Below, in pieces: positions 62,107 through 64,000 of a stretch of 64,000 bases of DNA (the first letter of the stretch is position 1; the number at the start of each line of letters is the position of its first letter). The stretch is taken from assembly GCA_015680685.1 (NCBI GenBank), contig MNCI01002855.1, forward strand, positions 140,328-204,327, written 5' to 3'. The notes beneath the pieces were generated by a model. That model was not told the DNA's origin. It worked only from the letters and a program-made list of their open reading frames with translations, and did no database searches. The DNA is from Gnetum montanum. Taxonomy: Eukaryota; Plantae; Gnetophyta. The translations under genes and the position numbers were made by a program.

Positions 62107-64000
62107 TGATGAGTGGCGAGGTACCCCTACACTCAACCATATGAATACGAGCATGTACGCGCGATCCGGTCAAACTCCGCAGACTAAATGCCTTAACGCC
62201 ACAAGAAACACTTGGGGTTAATCGTTCGTTGTCTTCCCAGGCTTGCTTGTATGTGTCACGGTGTATGGTTAAGCAAGTCTGAGGTATNNNNNNNNNNNNN
62301 NNNNNNNNNNNNNNNNNNNNNNNNNNNNNNNNNNNNNNNNNNNNNNNNNNNNNNNNNNNNNNNNNNNNNNNNNNNNNNNNNNNNNNNNNNNNNNNNNNNN
62401 NNNNNNNNNNNNNNNNNNNNNNNNNNNNNNNNNNNNNNNNNNNNNNNNNNNNNNNNNNNNNNNNNNNNNNNNNNNNNNNNNNNNNNNNNNNNNNNNNNNN
62501 NNNNNNNNNNNNNNNNNNNNNNNNNNNNNNNNNNNNNNNNNNNNNNNNNNNNNNNNNNNNNNNNNNNNNNNNNNNNNNNNNNNNNNNNNNNNNNNNNNNN
62601 NNNNNNNNNNNNNNNNNNNNNNNNNNNNNNNNNNNNNNNNNNNNNNNNNNNNNNNNNNNNNNNNNNNNNNNNNNNNNNNNNNNNNNNNNNNNNNNNNNNN
62701 NNNNNNNNNNNNNNNNNNNNNNNNNNNNNNNNNNNNNNNNNNNNNNNNNNNNNNNNNNNNNNNNNNNNNNNNNNNNNNNNNNNNNNNNNNNNNNNNNNNN
62801 NNNNNNNNNNNNNNNNNNNNNNNNNNNNNNNNNNNNNNNNNNNNNNNNNNNNNNNNNNNNNNNNNNNNNNNNNNNNNNNNNNNNNNNNNNNNNNNNNNNN
62901 NNNNNNNNNNNNNNNNNNNNNNNNNNNNNNNNNNNNNNNNNNNNNNNNNNNNNNNNNNNNNNNNNNNNNNNNNNNNNNNNNNNNNNNNNNNNNNNNNNNN
63001 NNNNNNNNNNNNNNNNNNNNNNNNNNNNNNNNNNNNNNNNNNNNNNNNNNNNNNNNNNNNNNNNNNNNNNNNNNNNNNNNNNNNNNNNNNNNNNNNNNNN
63101 NNNNNNNNNNNNNNNNNNNNNNNNNNNNNNNNNNNNNNNNNNNNNNNNNNNNNNNNNNNNNNNNNNNNNNNNNNNNNNNNNNNNNNNNNNNNNNNNNNNN
63201 NNNNNNNNNNNNNNNNNNNNNNNNNNNNNNNNNNNNTTAAGTAAATAATACCTTGCTTCGGTTTAGGTTCATTGGCTAGGTTGTGGTATGGCTGATGTGG
63301 ATCTGAGAAGATGTAGATGATGACTACCGAAGATGTAGGGGTTAAGAAGAAAAATGAAAAAAATTCGAGGCTTAGGAGAAAAATCAAAAAAGCAGGCCCC
63401 GTACCCCCATGACTAATCGCAAACCTCCGGTAGTGTTAGAATGGAGAAAGAAAAGGAGTAAGAAAGATAGGTGAAAAGGGACAACTATGGCAGCAGTGAA
63501 ATGGATGTCAAGATGGAAATGAACAAAAATAAAATTAATAGTAAAATGTTAAGGAAAAGAAGTTAACTAATGTTCCAAATAGGAATGCCAGTGGGTCCTC
63601 CCCAAAGCAGGCACATGCCCTTAATGCCCTGACAATCCCACATTCAAAGAGTCCGTAGGCTCTGGGAATGTCCTTTGGAACAAGAGTTAAAGTCTTAACC
63701 GTAAGAATTTACCAAAAAGAAAACAATGCATCAACCAAAATATACACTAATGATATAACCGGCAATGAGGTGAACAATGGAGAGAAGGATGGGAAGAATA
63801 GAGGTGGAATGGAATCCCAAGAACAAGGTGGTGTACAACCCCTTGTGTGGTTTATGATTAATGTGACTTGGCAAATCTCATTCCAACTCTGGCTCAAACC
63901 TACCACTTCCAGTGACTTCACATCAATGCATTTGGTTAAACCATCCACTTGGATAACAAGGATGCATCTTCAAAGAGCCACCACCATTCCGACGAAACAA
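62107..64000 (-). mobile_element. Athila-type element: 3' LTR end, gap and 3' internal region (runs off window)
   Basis: TGATGAGTGGCGAGGTACCCC is the reverse complement of the LTR end at 21949. 63400-64000 is the reverse-complement homolog of ~20005-20610. Confidence 0.9.
62288..63236. other. Assembly gap
   Basis: N run. Confidence 1.

Overview
This is eukaryotic (land-plant-type) genomic DNA from a draft scaffold, with three N gaps and several single-n joins. About 85% is degenerate, nested LTR retrotransposon sequence, and there is one apparently intact host gene: a 3-exon LURP-one-related (tubby C-like) gene on the minus strand at 29018-30760 (216 aa). The left half holds an Athila-type integrase remnant (1-1409), a minus-strand Athila-type element with pol and an env-like ORF (1410-~11760), and a ~7.8 kb composite block (11763-26549) that recurs at 41077-49196. 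The left copy of that block is interrupted by a complete non-autonomous gag+protease-only Athila derivative (14989-21949). The right half holds an old Tat/Ogre-type element split by a 21 kb Tekay/Del-type element (36179-57253, AAAAA TSD). That element contains two SIRE-like solo LTRs, a pol-less Ogre/Tat derivative carrying a six-intron antisense gene, and an Athila solo LTR. Further right are a tRNA-derived SINE with a 16-bp TSD, a 30-bp palindromic minisatellite and another Athila-type copy. No prokaryote-style system (CRISPR etc.) is present. The most unusual items are the intron-rich antisense gene, the RT/IN-less elements and the composite duplication around the host gene. All alignments and family assignments were made by eye from motifs; no searches were run.
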